Assembly: GCA_019058445.1 (NCBI GenBank)
Contig: JAHPZA010000009.1
Coordinates: forward strand, 192,001-256,000
Reading direction: 5' to 3'
Length of the DNA: 64,000 nt
Origin: Promethearchaeota archaeon
GTDB taxonomy: Archaea; Asgardarchaeota; Lokiarchaeia; Sigyniarchaeales; SOKP01
Shown: one piece after another, positions 30,572 to 39,764 of the stretch
Layout: each line of letters starts with the position of its first letter
Position numbering within the stretch: position 1 is the first letter of the stretch
Made by a program: the position numbers and the translations under genes
The notes under the pieces: model-generated
Told to the model about the DNA's origin: nothing
What the model saw: the letters and a program-made list of their open reading frames with translations, nothing else
Databases searched by the model: none

Positions 30572-30826
30572 TTATCCTCCTACTACTCTAGCCCATAATG
30601 CTAGTTTGTCATTTTCTTTTAAGCCAAATTTATGAATGGCATCCTTAACTGTAATATTGGTAGGTAATTCTTGACCATTAAGGACTAATGTGTAAGAGCG
30701 CTGCTCAACTGAAATGATGCCCATATGTTTTATTATGATATCCACGATTTTCTCGATTATATGATGCTCTTTGACATCCAATTTAATTAATTTGCCAGTT
30801 CGGCTATCTTCTACGGAAATTTTCAT
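30572..30826 (-). CDS. Ubiquitin-like protein
   Basis: 84-aa beta-grasp-like sequence ending RVVGG, convergent with the E2 gene. Confidence 0.88.
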   Translation of the reverse strand: MKISVEDSRTGKLIKLDVKEHHIIEKIVDIIIKHMGIISVEQRSYTLVLNGQELPTNITVKDAIHKFGLKENDKLALWARVVGG

Positions 30827-31017
30827 GATTTTTACCCTTGATAATATTTTTTTACCAAACTTATTTTGGATTAATAGTTCTTGATTCCGATTCTATTTAT
30901 TAATTAACAAATAGTGTTAAGATATATATTAATTTTGATGATATACTCAAAACTAATTTTTAAGATTTTAAAATCCAGATCTTATTACAAATTGTTGACA
31001 GATTGTATTTATTCAAT

Positions 31018-32127
31018 TTATTTTGGAGTCTTTTTTTTGTACTTTGGTGTTTTTTTTGGAGGTATTTGAGATATATCAACAGGAATCTCAGTATCTTCCT
31101 CCTTAGACTGGTTTATCGGCCTGGATTTATCTATCGCTCCTAAACAACCCCAACACATATTATCAAGTTGAATTAACTCATTCGCACAATTTTTACAATA
31201 GAGAGATTTACATTCCGGACAAATATATATGCTAGTAAAGCCAATCTGAAGTGTCTTACAAACGATACAGAGCGTTTGGTCTCGATAATATTGTATATCT
31301 TCTTTTGAGAGATCATCCGGTCGTGAGTATGAAAGCGTTTGAATTAAGGTAATTTTAGGGCTTTCAAATGATTGGCGCTCTTTTAATGGCTCATTTTTAA
31401 GTTCAACACGTTCCTCTTTAATACTTAAATAAAATAAAATCCCTCCACTAATCATAATATATCTAATAGTTATTAAAGTAATATCGGGTAAAATAATCAA
31501 AACGTCTAATGACCCAACTCCGAAAAATAAAATAATAGCGAAGAAAAGGAATAACAGTTTTTTTCTTACAACACCTGAAGATTTAATACTCTGGCTCAAC
31601 AATATTATCTCTCCAACGAGTAATGCAGGAAATAAAGTCATTGATAGCAAAAAAAAGAGAGGAGACCATTCAATAAGAGTATTATCTATTAAATTTTCAC
31701 CTGACTTATTGGGATATTGGAAATTAATTGAATTAAAGGGATCTGTAAAGAGAAAAAATTCAAAAATTACACATAAAACAAAAATATAGATTAATAATAT
31801 TCGTTTTAGATGAGGATTAAGATCTGGAAATATAATGTCGGCTAAAAGATAGAACATAAAAACTAAAGGACCAAACCACATGTAAGTCAAAATACCATGC
31901 AATCCATAACTATTATCCAGATTTTTACCGGTTATGAGTATTAGCATAAAATCTAAAAATAAACCCAGAAATAGCAAACTGATAAAAATTACAATCAGCC
32001 CAACCAAAAAGAGATATTTAGAATTCGTTTTTCTTGACCGATAAATACTGATAACCCCCCACAATATCCCTAAAATTACCCAGACGATTACAGTTATTCC
32101 ATTGATCAAACCTAGTAAGGAAATCAT
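31018..32127 (-). CDS. 7TM protein with C-terminal C4C4 RING-like finger
   Basis: 7 TM; CIVC-x12-CPEC-x4-CKNC-x10-CWGC. Confidence 0.8.
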   Translation of the reverse strand: MISLLGLINGITVIVWVILGILWGVISIYRSRKTNSKYLFLVGLIVIFISLLFLGLFLDFMLILITGKNLDNSYGLHGILTYMWFGPLVFMFYLLADIIFPDLNPHLKRILLIYIFVLCVIFEFFLFTDPFNSINFQYPNKSGENLIDNTLIEWSPLFFLLSMTLFPALLVGEIILLSQSIKSSGVVRKKLLFLFFAIILFFGVGSLDVLIILPDITLITIRYIMISGGILFYLSIKEERVELKNEPLKERQSFESPKITLIQTLSYSRPDDLSKEDIQYYRDQTLCIVCKTLQIGFTSIYICPECKSLYCKNCANELIQLDNMCWGCLGAIDKSRPINQSKEEDTEIPVDISQIPPKKTPKYKKKTPK

Positions 32128-32141
32128 AATAAAACCATATT

Positions 32142-33227
32142 TTATTGTTTATTCTTTTTTTTTTTAGGTTTATGTTTAGACTGAGAGGAGTCTATAACAA
32201 TATTCTCATCTTCTTGTTTAATAGGGCTAATGGGTTTTGAGTCATCTATAGGTCCGGAGCAAACCCAACACATATTTTCTAATTTTATTAATTCTTGTGC
32301 ACATTTTTCACAGTATATAGATTTACATTGAGGACAAATGAACACATCGTTAAACCCCAACATTTTAGCTTTACAAATTATGCAAAGCGTTTGTTCTCGA
32401 AAGTATTGTATGTCCTGATCTGAAAGGTCATCTGGTCTTGAATATGACTCAAGAGTTGTCAGTAATGAAATTTTTGGCCCCTCAAATTCTGATTTTTCAA
32501 TTTTACTTGTTGAGATTTCAACTTTCTCTTCTCTTATTCCGAAGTAAAAAACTATGGCACAGCTTAACTCTCCTATCCTTAGGAAAATAACATAAATACC
32601 AGGAGCAGTTAAAATATCTATTGCACCTAAAGTAAGAAACGCTATAAATGCATATGATAAAATAATAAACTTTTTTCTAAGGATTCCAGTCGTTTGAATC
32701 CCTATCACAAAAAATCCGATTCCAAACAATATAAAGGCTGATATAAATATAAAACTAAGAACTACAAAAATTATTGTACCATAAACCAAACTAGAATGAA
32801 TAATTCCACCATCCAGTGTTGTGTATGATATTTTAAATGAATCTACTGGATCTAAAAAAAGTAATATTTCAAATACAATACTCAAAACAAGAAAAATTGG
32901 TAAAATATACCATTTTTTCTCGGGAATCGTAACCTCAAAAATAATATACATTCCTAATATAATGGTAGGGCCAATCCAGATATACGTAAGAAGCGAGAAT
33001 AATCCGAAAGAATTATCCATATTACTTCCTGTTATGATAAGTGTTAAGAAGTCCAATATAGTGGCAAGATAGATTTGACTCAAAAATAAAATAATAAGGC
33101 CAAAATAATCTAAGATTTTCGCTTCCGTTTTTGTTGCTTTATACAGGGCATATAATCCCGTAATCACTCCTAAAGCATAATTTCCAATTGTGATGACCCC
33201 CTCAAGTAATACAAAGGACGATATCAT
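32142..33227 (-). CDS. 7TM protein with C-terminal C4C4 RING-like finger
   Basis: 7 TM; CIIC-x12-CPQC-x4-CEKC-x10-CWVC. Confidence 0.8.
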   Translation of the reverse strand: MISSFVLLEGVITIGNYALGVITGLYALYKATKTEAKILDYFGLIILFLSQIYLATILDFLTLIITGSNMDNSFGLFSLLTYIWIGPTIILGMYIIFEVTIPEKKWYILPIFLVLSIVFEILLFLDPVDSFKISYTTLDGGIIHSSLVYGTIIFVVLSFIFISAFILFGIGFFVIGIQTTGILRKKFIILSYAFIAFLTLGAIDILTAPGIYVIFLRIGELSCAIVFYFGIREEKVEISTSKIEKSEFEGPKISLLTTLESYSRPDDLSDQDIQYFREQTLCIICKAKMLGFNDVFICPQCKSIYCEKCAQELIKLENMCWVCSGPIDDSKPISPIKQEDENIVIDSSQSKHKPKKKKNKQ

Positions 33228-33358
33228 TGATTTTCTCTCGTTTCGCGGAGTTTACCTTATTTTTCACTCCTATTGATTGTACTTAAGTTAATAATCTTAT
33301 TCAACATAAAAATATTATTTCTAAATCAATAATTCATATTGTTCTTCAGTTCAATAGA

Positions 33359-34402
33359 TTATTTCTTTTTCGCGGATTTAAAATCTTCTATTTCCTTTCT
33401 TTTAGGTGTTTTTATAGGTTTATTTTTATCGATAGCATTATTACATATCCAACATGCGTTCTCCAAATTAATCAGTGAACGAGCACACTTTTCACAATAT
33501 AAAGCTTTACAATCTGGACAAATATAAGTAAAACCTAACGCTTTTCCTTTGCAAACTAAACATATTGTTTGTTCTCTATAAAAAGTCACTTCTTCATCTG
33601 AAAGATGCTCATCGGTTAATTCTGTAAGCCTTTCTATTAAAGTGATATCTGCATCTTCGCCTATGGCCTGCTTATCAGATATTTCAACCGTTTTAATCTT
33701 TTCCTCCCTTAAGCCAAAATACCAAAACCATGAGCTACTTAGCATGCCAATTCTAACTAAAAATAGCCCAATTCCGGGGGATGTTAATGAATCTAATGCT
33801 CCTGCTGAAGCAAACATAATCCACCCTAACGAGAGATAAATAAATTTCCTCTTAATTATGCCGGTCGATTGAAAACTTTTATATAAAAATCCAAAACCAT
33901 TGAAGATCAACGCAGAGAGTAAGAAAAAGGCAATTAAGATAAATGTTGGAGAAGATCTATTGAAATTCACATCAATTATATCTTCTCCAGGATTAGTAGG
34001 GAGTCTAAAAATAAAAGAATTATTTATATCTAGAAATAAAAACAATTCAAAAACAATTCCTATAATAGTATATATCAATACGATAAGCTTTTTTTTCTCA
34101 GGAAGAAGAATTTCGGCTCCTAAATAAAAACCGAAAATTACCGCTGGAGCAACCCACATATAACATAAAATGGCATATAGCTGGTAAGGTTTTAAATTCT
34201 CTCCGGTAATTATAATAGCTATAAAATCAATAAATTGGCCCAAATACAAAAGACTGACAAAAATTGTTAATATTCCTGTATATAATAAAAGCTTGGCATT
34301 CGATTGTTTAGATTTATATATAAAATACAGTCCAAATATGCAACCAGAAATAACTACACCCGATCCTGTAAGGCTATTTAGCCATCCAATAGGAGAAAGC
34401 AT
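33359..34402 (-). CDS. 7TM protein with C-terminal C4C4 RING-like finger
   Basis: 7 TM; CLVC-x10-CPDC-x4-CEKC-x10-CWIC. Confidence 0.8.
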   Translation of the reverse strand: MLSPIGWLNSLTGSGVVISGCIFGLYFIYKSKQSNAKLLLYTGILTIFVSLLYLGQFIDFIAIIITGENLKPYQLYAILCYMWVAPAVIFGFYLGAEILLPEKKKLIVLIYTIIGIVFELFLFLDINNSFIFRLPTNPGEDIIDVNFNRSSPTFILIAFFLLSALIFNGFGFLYKSFQSTGIIKRKFIYLSLGWIMFASAGALDSLTSPGIGLFLVRIGMLSSSWFWYFGLREEKIKTVEISDKQAIGEDADITLIERLTELTDEHLSDEEVTFYREQTICLVCKGKALGFTYICPDCKALYCEKCARSLINLENACWICNNAIDKNKPIKTPKRKEIEDFKSAKKK

Positions 34403-34589
34403 CTAGAAATTCAGCCTCCATAAAGATTTTTAACAAAATATTATTGAATTGGAAATCTCTTATTAAATCTTAAAATAATATAATTTAATTTAATATAATC
34501 TTCTTTTAGTTCTAAGATTTAAAAAGATTATTGACCTAAATGTAGAAAATTTGTTATTATAGCTATTACTATTGGAATGGAAAATAGAA

Positions 34590-34751
34590 CTAGTCAATTT
34601 TTATCCAATGCCTACATACTTTACATTGGAGTATTTTAATGAATGCTTTCGAATTTTTTATCGCAAGCAACCTCTCAACCATTACACTACCGCACTTATC
34701 ACATCTATCCAATAATATCTTGGTCTGAGACTTTGTTTTTTGTGCGGCCAT
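34590..34751 (-). CDS. Small Zn-ribbon protein (53 aa; below the ORF-track cutoff)
   Basis: MAAQKTKSQTKILLDRCDKCGSVMVERLLAIKNSKAFIKILQCKVCRHWIKID; two CxxC motifs. Confidence 0.65.
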   Translation of the reverse strand: MAAQKTKSQTKILLDRCDKCGSVMVERLLAIKNSKAFIKILQCKVCRHWIKID

Positions 34752-34965
34752 AGCATTCAACTTCCGTGAACTAACTAAATATTTTTTAAAAAATTCGATT
34801 TTGTATGTTTTTATACCTAGAGTATATAAAAATAATAGGTCTCCATTTATTTAAATGTTTGTTTGATCAAAGAATTTGTAAATTTTAGCGGTTAAATCGT
34901 AAAGAAATTTGCCTTATTTAACCGACATATTCTTTTAGCACAGATTACTTAATCGTATTGGATTA

Positions 34966-35254
34966 ATATTACCTCTATTCTCTATTTTATTGGATTTTTA
35001 TATTCATAATTTTTTAATGCTCTCTTACGGTAAACTATCATAAACATTTTATTCAGGACTGGCACCATAACACATAAGATCAAATCAATTAAGATTACTT
35101 GTGTAAAATCTAAACGAATTAATTCTATATCCTCATCATCACCATGCTTAATCACAGTCTCTGCTCTCTCGGAATCCTCGTTAAAATTATTCAATAAGCT
35201 ATTATTCATACGTATGATATAAAAATCCAATAAAATAGAGAATAGAGGTAATAT
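34966..35254. repeat. Perfect 38-bp inverted repeat (34966-35003 and 35217-35254)
   Basis: atattacctctattctctattttattggatttttatat and its exact reverse complement. Confidence 0.92.
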
Positions 35255-35453
35255 ACTCCTCCTCGGGATACTGTCGTCCCAGTTGGAAGGTCTCAAGTAA
35301 AGTACGCAATTGATCTTTTCGGACCAAAAGATATAAATACACTAAAACTACTACAAGCAATCCAAGAAATGCGATAAAACTAAATAAAAGAGAAATAGCA
35401 CTGGCTATGATAAACTCAAAAAACATCATCCTACAGTATAATTTTAAATCCAT
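34982..35453 (-). pseudogene. Membrane-protein gene frameshifted by a 34-nt inverted duplication
   Basis: ORFs 35202-35453 and 34982-35296 fuse as ...YPEEEY|IIRMNN... when 34 nt of the inner repeat copy are removed. Confidence 0.65.
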
Positions 35454-35497
35454 ATTTCTCCCAAATATTAAAAGCGTGTTTAATAATTTGACTATTC

Positions 35498-36229
35498 TTA
35501 ATGGGCTTCATCATCTAAATTAAACCAGCAATCTATTGTAGCGTTTTTGGTACGCTTTAACGTTAATCTTTTAGGATTCCGGGGTTTCCAACGTAATCGC
35601 CTATCTTCTGGAAGATCAGGATGTTTAATAAGGATATACTCAATATATCGCTCCCCATCGTTTATCAATACCAAGACAAATTTGGACGAAAAAGGAACTT
35701 TGTCGCTTTCTATGTTAAAAGTAGTATCTTTACTTAAAGGATGAGTTAATATAAAAATCGGAGCTGATTTGATCAGTATTTCATTGAGCCCTTCTATCAC
35801 TTGGATTTGTTCCTCAAGAGTTTTTTTCTCGCTGCTCTGAAACAAGATATTTATGCCTGAGACCATGACCATCTTGAAATGTTCAAGCTTGGCAAGTCGA
35901 TTCTCAAACAGCTCGATCATTTGATCATATGTGCCCACGCAGGCAATAATGATGTTTTCTAAGACTTTTGTTGGGGAAAGCTTTTGGGTGACAGCATATT
36001 TGCTTACTTTGTTGGGATTAAACCGATTATTCCCATCAATAAACACAACTTTTGTTTTCCCGCTAGGATTGCTAGAATCCAACGATATCTGAGCTTTCAC
36101 AGCAGTTTTTAACAGAATATTTGATGTTACCCTTTTATCTCCGAATAGTAAATATGTTAAATCTTTCTGAAATCCTCCGCCTAATAATTCATCGAGCGTA
36201 TTATCTCCACTTGATATAAAGTTTACCAT
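35498..36229 (-). CDS. Inactivated RadA/Rad51-like paralog with C-terminal PIP-like motif
   Basis: ISSGDNTLDELLGGG, FIDGNNRF; Walker A degenerate (FGDKRVTSN); C-terminal NATIDCWF. Confidence 0.75.
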   Translation of the reverse strand: MVNFISSGDNTLDELLGGGFQKDLTYLLFGDKRVTSNILLKTAVKAQISLDSSNPSGKTKVVFIDGNNRFNPNKVSKYAVTQKLSPTKVLENIIIACVGTYDQMIELFENRLAKLEHFKMVMVSGINILFQSSEKKTLEEQIQVIEGLNEILIKSAPIFILTHPLSKDTTFNIESDKVPFSSKFVLVLINDGERYIEYILIKHPDLPEDRRLRWKPRNPKRLTLKRTKNATIDCWFNLDDEAH

Positions 36230-36426
36230 AACCTAGTAGAATTTTGTCCTTTTTTTCTAAATTATTTTAGGTGGTCTAATAATTTAAATTTTTTTCATAA
36301 TCACACAACAGAATCTAATGTTAATTTATATCCCTCGGATAGAATCTACCGTTGATGTTCTATAAGAAAATCAAAGTAGTTTTTTATGAAATTAAGAATT
36401 ATTATCCTTTAGTAAGGTGAGAAAAA

Positions 36427-36984
36427 ACGGATTTTAAAGAAGCTTTAGATACCCTAGGTGAAGAAATAAGTCGTAATTCAGTTTTTATAAGCGAAGTTAT
36501 AGAAACTCTGAATTTGAATAAGAATATGAAAATTTTAGATATTGGAACAGGTCGAGGAACAATGGCAATCATGCTTGCCCTAAAAGGATATCATGTCATT
36601 ACAGGGGAACCAGAGGGTCATGACTGGGCAGACTGGCGTAGTTCAGCGAAAAAAGTAGGTGTTGAAAATTTAATCACTTTTAAACATCTAAACGCGGAGC
36701 AATTACCATTTTCTAATTCGGAATTTGATGCGATTTTTGTGTATGTCTCCTTTCACCATATAAATGATAAAATTTCTGCTTTAAAAGAGTTTTTTCGGGT
36801 GGCTAAACAACATGGAATTATAGTTATATTCGAACTTACTCCCGAAGGTGTTGAGGAAGTTCGGATGTCATTTCCTTCTCATGCGAACGCAGTAGATCCC
36901 AGAGATTACACAAAAAACACGTCATATTCTTTGAATATAATTGAGCATGGCAATATAAATGCCTATATTTATAAAAAGAGTTAA
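36427..36984 (+). CDS. Class I SAM-dependent methyltransferase (frame open upstream of the TTG called at 36514)
   Basis: ILDIGTGRG, AEQLPF..FD, SFHH; start probably ACG at 36427 after AGGTGA. Confidence 0.8.
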   Translation, partial: TDFKEALDTLGEEISRNSVFISEVIETLNLNKNMKILDIGTGRGTMAIMLALKGYHVITGEPEGHDWADWRSSAKKVGVENLITFKHLNAEQLPFSNSEFDAIFVYVSFHHINDKISALKEFFRVAKQHGIIVIFELTPEGVEEVRMSFPSHANAVDPRDYTKNTSYSLNIIEHGNINAYIYKKS

Positions 36985-37064
36985 AAAAAAATTTATGGAT
37001 ATAAGACATTTTTGTTTTAATTCGTCAATAGTTTCCCTTTTTCAATTAATGTAATTATAAGTTT

Positions 37065-37772
37065 TTAGGATTTTTCTCTAAAACCGAAATACATTATCCA
37101 AAAGCCAACAATTTCGGGAATTCTAACAAAGATTAGTCCAATACCTGGTGTAGTTAGTCCATCTAAACCCGCAAATATAATATATAGAAACATTCCAATT
37201 GATATTGCTAAGAACTTCTTTCTTGTATCTCCTGCGGTTTTAAGTGCTTGATATAAAAATCCAAAACCGAGAAAAATTAAACCAGAAATTGCAAAAACAA
37301 GTACTAAAATACCAGCAGGAGAGGTAAGCGCAACGCTGTCATCAATTAAATCTTCACCTGATTTTTCGGGATAAATATATGAAAAAGAATTCTCATCTAA
37401 AAATATAAATAATTCAAAAATTACGCCTAAAATACTATATACAATCAGAATATATCTCTTTTTTTCCGGCATTAATAGTTCAGCACCTAAGTACAATGCA
37501 AATATGATAGTAAACGGCAACCACACAAAACTCAACTTAGGGATTTGTCCGTAGCTATTATCCAAATTTTTCCCCGTAATAAGAATATGTATGAAATCAA
37601 AACAGGGACCTAACATCCCGAGACCTGAACAGATGGCAGCTAAACCTAAATACAAGAGAAGTTTAGCATCTTTCGTTCTCGATTTGTAAATGCAGACTAT
37701 TCCAAATATGCAACCACTAAGAAGTACACATAATGCTGTGCTCCCGTTAATCCAACCTACATTAGATAACAT
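37065..37772 (-). CDS. 7TM protein, paralog of 31018-34402 lacking the zinc finger
   Basis: Shared motifs GWINGST, ITGKNLDNSYG, PEKK, GEDLID, LDGLTTPGIGL; ends at GFREKS. Confidence 0.8.
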   Translation of the reverse strand: MLSNVGWINGSTALCVLLSGCIFGIVCIYKSRTKDAKLLLYLGLAAICSGLGMLGPCFDFIHILITGKNLDNSYGQIPKLSFVWLPFTIIFALYLGAELLMPEKKRYILIVYSILGVIFELFIFLDENSFSYIYPEKSGEDLIDDSVALTSPAGILVLVFAISGLIFLGFGFLYQALKTAGDTRKKFLAISIGMFLYIIFAGLDGLTTPGIGLIFVRIPEIVGFWIMYFGFREKS

Positions 37773-37935
37773 TTTGAATTTACCCTTTTTAGAAATACTT
37801 ATTTTTTTATTACTATTAAAGATATACTTTATTTTTGTTTAAATATGTTTTCACTCGAGTATTAGAATATAGTTTCTACTTTAATAAAACTAATTTAATA
37901 AAAATGAATTAATCAAAATACTCTTGAACTGCAAT

Positions 37936-38259
37936 TTATTCTAATCTCTGAATTTTGAAATACACAGGCCTAAACCAATCACTACAAGAGGAGATAATGG
38001 TTCCCTTTTGTTTCATACCTATCATATTTCCTCCAGAGGCAATGAGATTAATATCATTGCGTATATCCGCCCAAGCCCAATCACAAAATTCATCAGGAAC
38101 TTTAGCTAAATTAGGATCAATAATGAATTCTTGACCTTCTGTAAAGCGCTCACATTTATTCATTTCCTTATATTTCTCAACGACATACTCATCAATTAAA
38201 TCTTTATTTAGCATTCTTTTAATGATTGTAATTTTACATTTTGGCATCATATCTGACAT
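37936..38259 (-). CDS. TIGR04076-family protein
   Basis: CKITI...C.RFTEGQEF...FCDWAW...SCSDWFRPVYFKIQR. Confidence 0.8.
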   Translation of the reverse strand: MSDMMPKCKITIIKRMLNKDLIDEYVVEKYKEMNKCERFTEGQEFIIDPNLAKVPDEFCDWAWADIRNDINLIASGGNMIGMKQKGTIISSCSDWFRPVYFKIQRLE

Positions 38260-38351
38260 ATTAAAATAACCTTTATGGAGTTATAATATAAATAAGTTAT
38301 TTCATAGTATATTAAGTATTTCTATAGGACAAGTAGGTTTGAATTTTCAAT

Positions 38352-38885
38352 CTAAATATATCCAATTTCTTTTAAGATTAATAGGGTTAATAATTTAAAA
38401 ATTAGTTCTACGTTCTCTCCAGTTTTTGAAGAGCACTCAATAACAGTGAAAACATCCTTAGAAAGAGCAAAATTAAATGCTTCCTCATAGAAAATACCTC
38501 GCTTATGGTCTAAATCTATTTTACCCCCTATCATAATGATCGGAATCGGATTTGATTTATAGTCTATTCCTTTTCGAAATACATTCATCCATGTATCGAA
38601 ATCCATTAAAGTACTATATCTAGTAATATCATACATAAAAATCCCAGCAAAAGATCCTCTGGCATAAGCGGGTAAGAAAAACCTAAAACGTTCTTCACCT
38701 CCAAAATCCCAAATCTGGAGAGTCACAGCCCAATCCCTGATTTTTATGAATTTAGTTGCAATATCCACTCCAATTGTCATTTTAGTGCTTGTATTAAAAC
38801 GACCGCTAACATATCTTTGTGTCAGTGTGGTTTTTCCTACACCTCCATCTCCAAAAAGGCATACTTTAAATGTAGCAGTCTTCAT
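38352..38885 (-). CDS. Rab-like small GTPase
   Basis: GDGGVGKT, TIGVD, WDFGGEERF, GGKID, CSSK. Confidence 0.92.
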   Translation of the reverse strand: MKTATFKVCLFGDGGVGKTTLTQRYVSGRFNTSTKMTIGVDIATKFIKIRDWAVTLQIWDFGGEERFRFFLPAYARGSFAGIFMYDITRYSTLMDFDTWMNVFRKGIDYKSNPIPIIMIGGKIDLDHKRGIFYEEAFNFALSKDVFTVIECSSKTGENVELIFKLLTLLILKEIGYI

Positions 38886-39063
38886 TTTACTCTTTTCTCA
38901 ATCTTTCCCAATTATTAGATTAATTATTTTCCATACTTTCGTATAAATTATGATTTATAATTCATTTAAAATTTACTTATACTTTTTTAAAAAATTCTAA
39001 AAAAAATCTAAGAACCTAATATTCAAGGCAAAACGGTTAGGTAAATAAAGCTTCAAAATGAAT

Positions 39064-39600
39064 TTAAAATAAGTGACCCACATCTTTCATTATGAGATGA
39101 GTGATTTCTGTAAAGATTGATTCTACATTTAAGCCAGTTTTAGCTGAACATTCAATAACTTTATATATATGGCGTGATTGCGCAAAATTAAATGCTTGTT
39201 CCAAAGAAATCGCACGTCTTTCCACAAGATCTAATTTTCCACCGACCATTAAGATAGGAATAGGTTTTTGATCATATCCACATCCTCTCTTAAACACGGT
39301 TAACCATTCATCGAAATCCATAATAGAGCTATAACGCGATATATCATACATATAAATCCCCCCAAAAGATCCTCGAGCATATGCTGGTAAGAAAAATCTG
39401 AAACGTTCTTCACCTCCAAAATCCCATATCTGGAGTGTTACTTGCCAATCTTCTATTTGTACTTGTTTTGTCACTATATCAACACCAATCGTCATTTTAG
39501 TGCTCTGAGTGAATTGGCCTGAGACATATCTTTGAACAAGAGTAGTCTTTCCTACCCCACCGTCTCCAAAAATGCAGATTTTGAAAGTTGCAGTTCGCAT
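39064..39600 (-). CDS. Rab-like small GTPase (tandem paralog)
   Basis: GDGGVGKT, WDFGGEERF, GGKLD, CSAK. Confidence 0.92.
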   Translation of the reverse strand: MRTATFKICIFGDGGVGKTTLVQRYVSGQFTQSTKMTIGVDIVTKQVQIEDWQVTLQIWDFGGEERFRFFLPAYARGSFGGIYMYDISRYSSIMDFDEWLTVFKRGCGYDQKPIPILMVGGKLDLVERRAISLEQAFNFAQSRHIYKVIECSAKTGLNVESIFTEITHLIMKDVGHLF

Positions 39601-39764
39601 GTTTTTAAATGAATTTCCTTTCTTATTTAAAGATTGAATTTGTATAAAAAATTATGTATAAGTTAATTTTAATTATCTCTTTTTTAAATTTATTTCCAAA
39701 TTTGTCACGTGAATAAAATTCCCTTTATCTTCTTTTGAGTTTTCATGAGGATTGATTGAAATTT

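Noticed and set aside
34966-35254. Recombinase-driven invertible switch or MITE
   Set aside because: Inversion yields an immediate stop, no recombinase is nearby, and the interior is simply the gene's own 3' half
36418-36420. In-frame TGA upstream of the methyltransferase as selenocysteine
   Set aside because: It is part of the AGGTGA ribosome-binding site, with no redox context or recognisable SECIS
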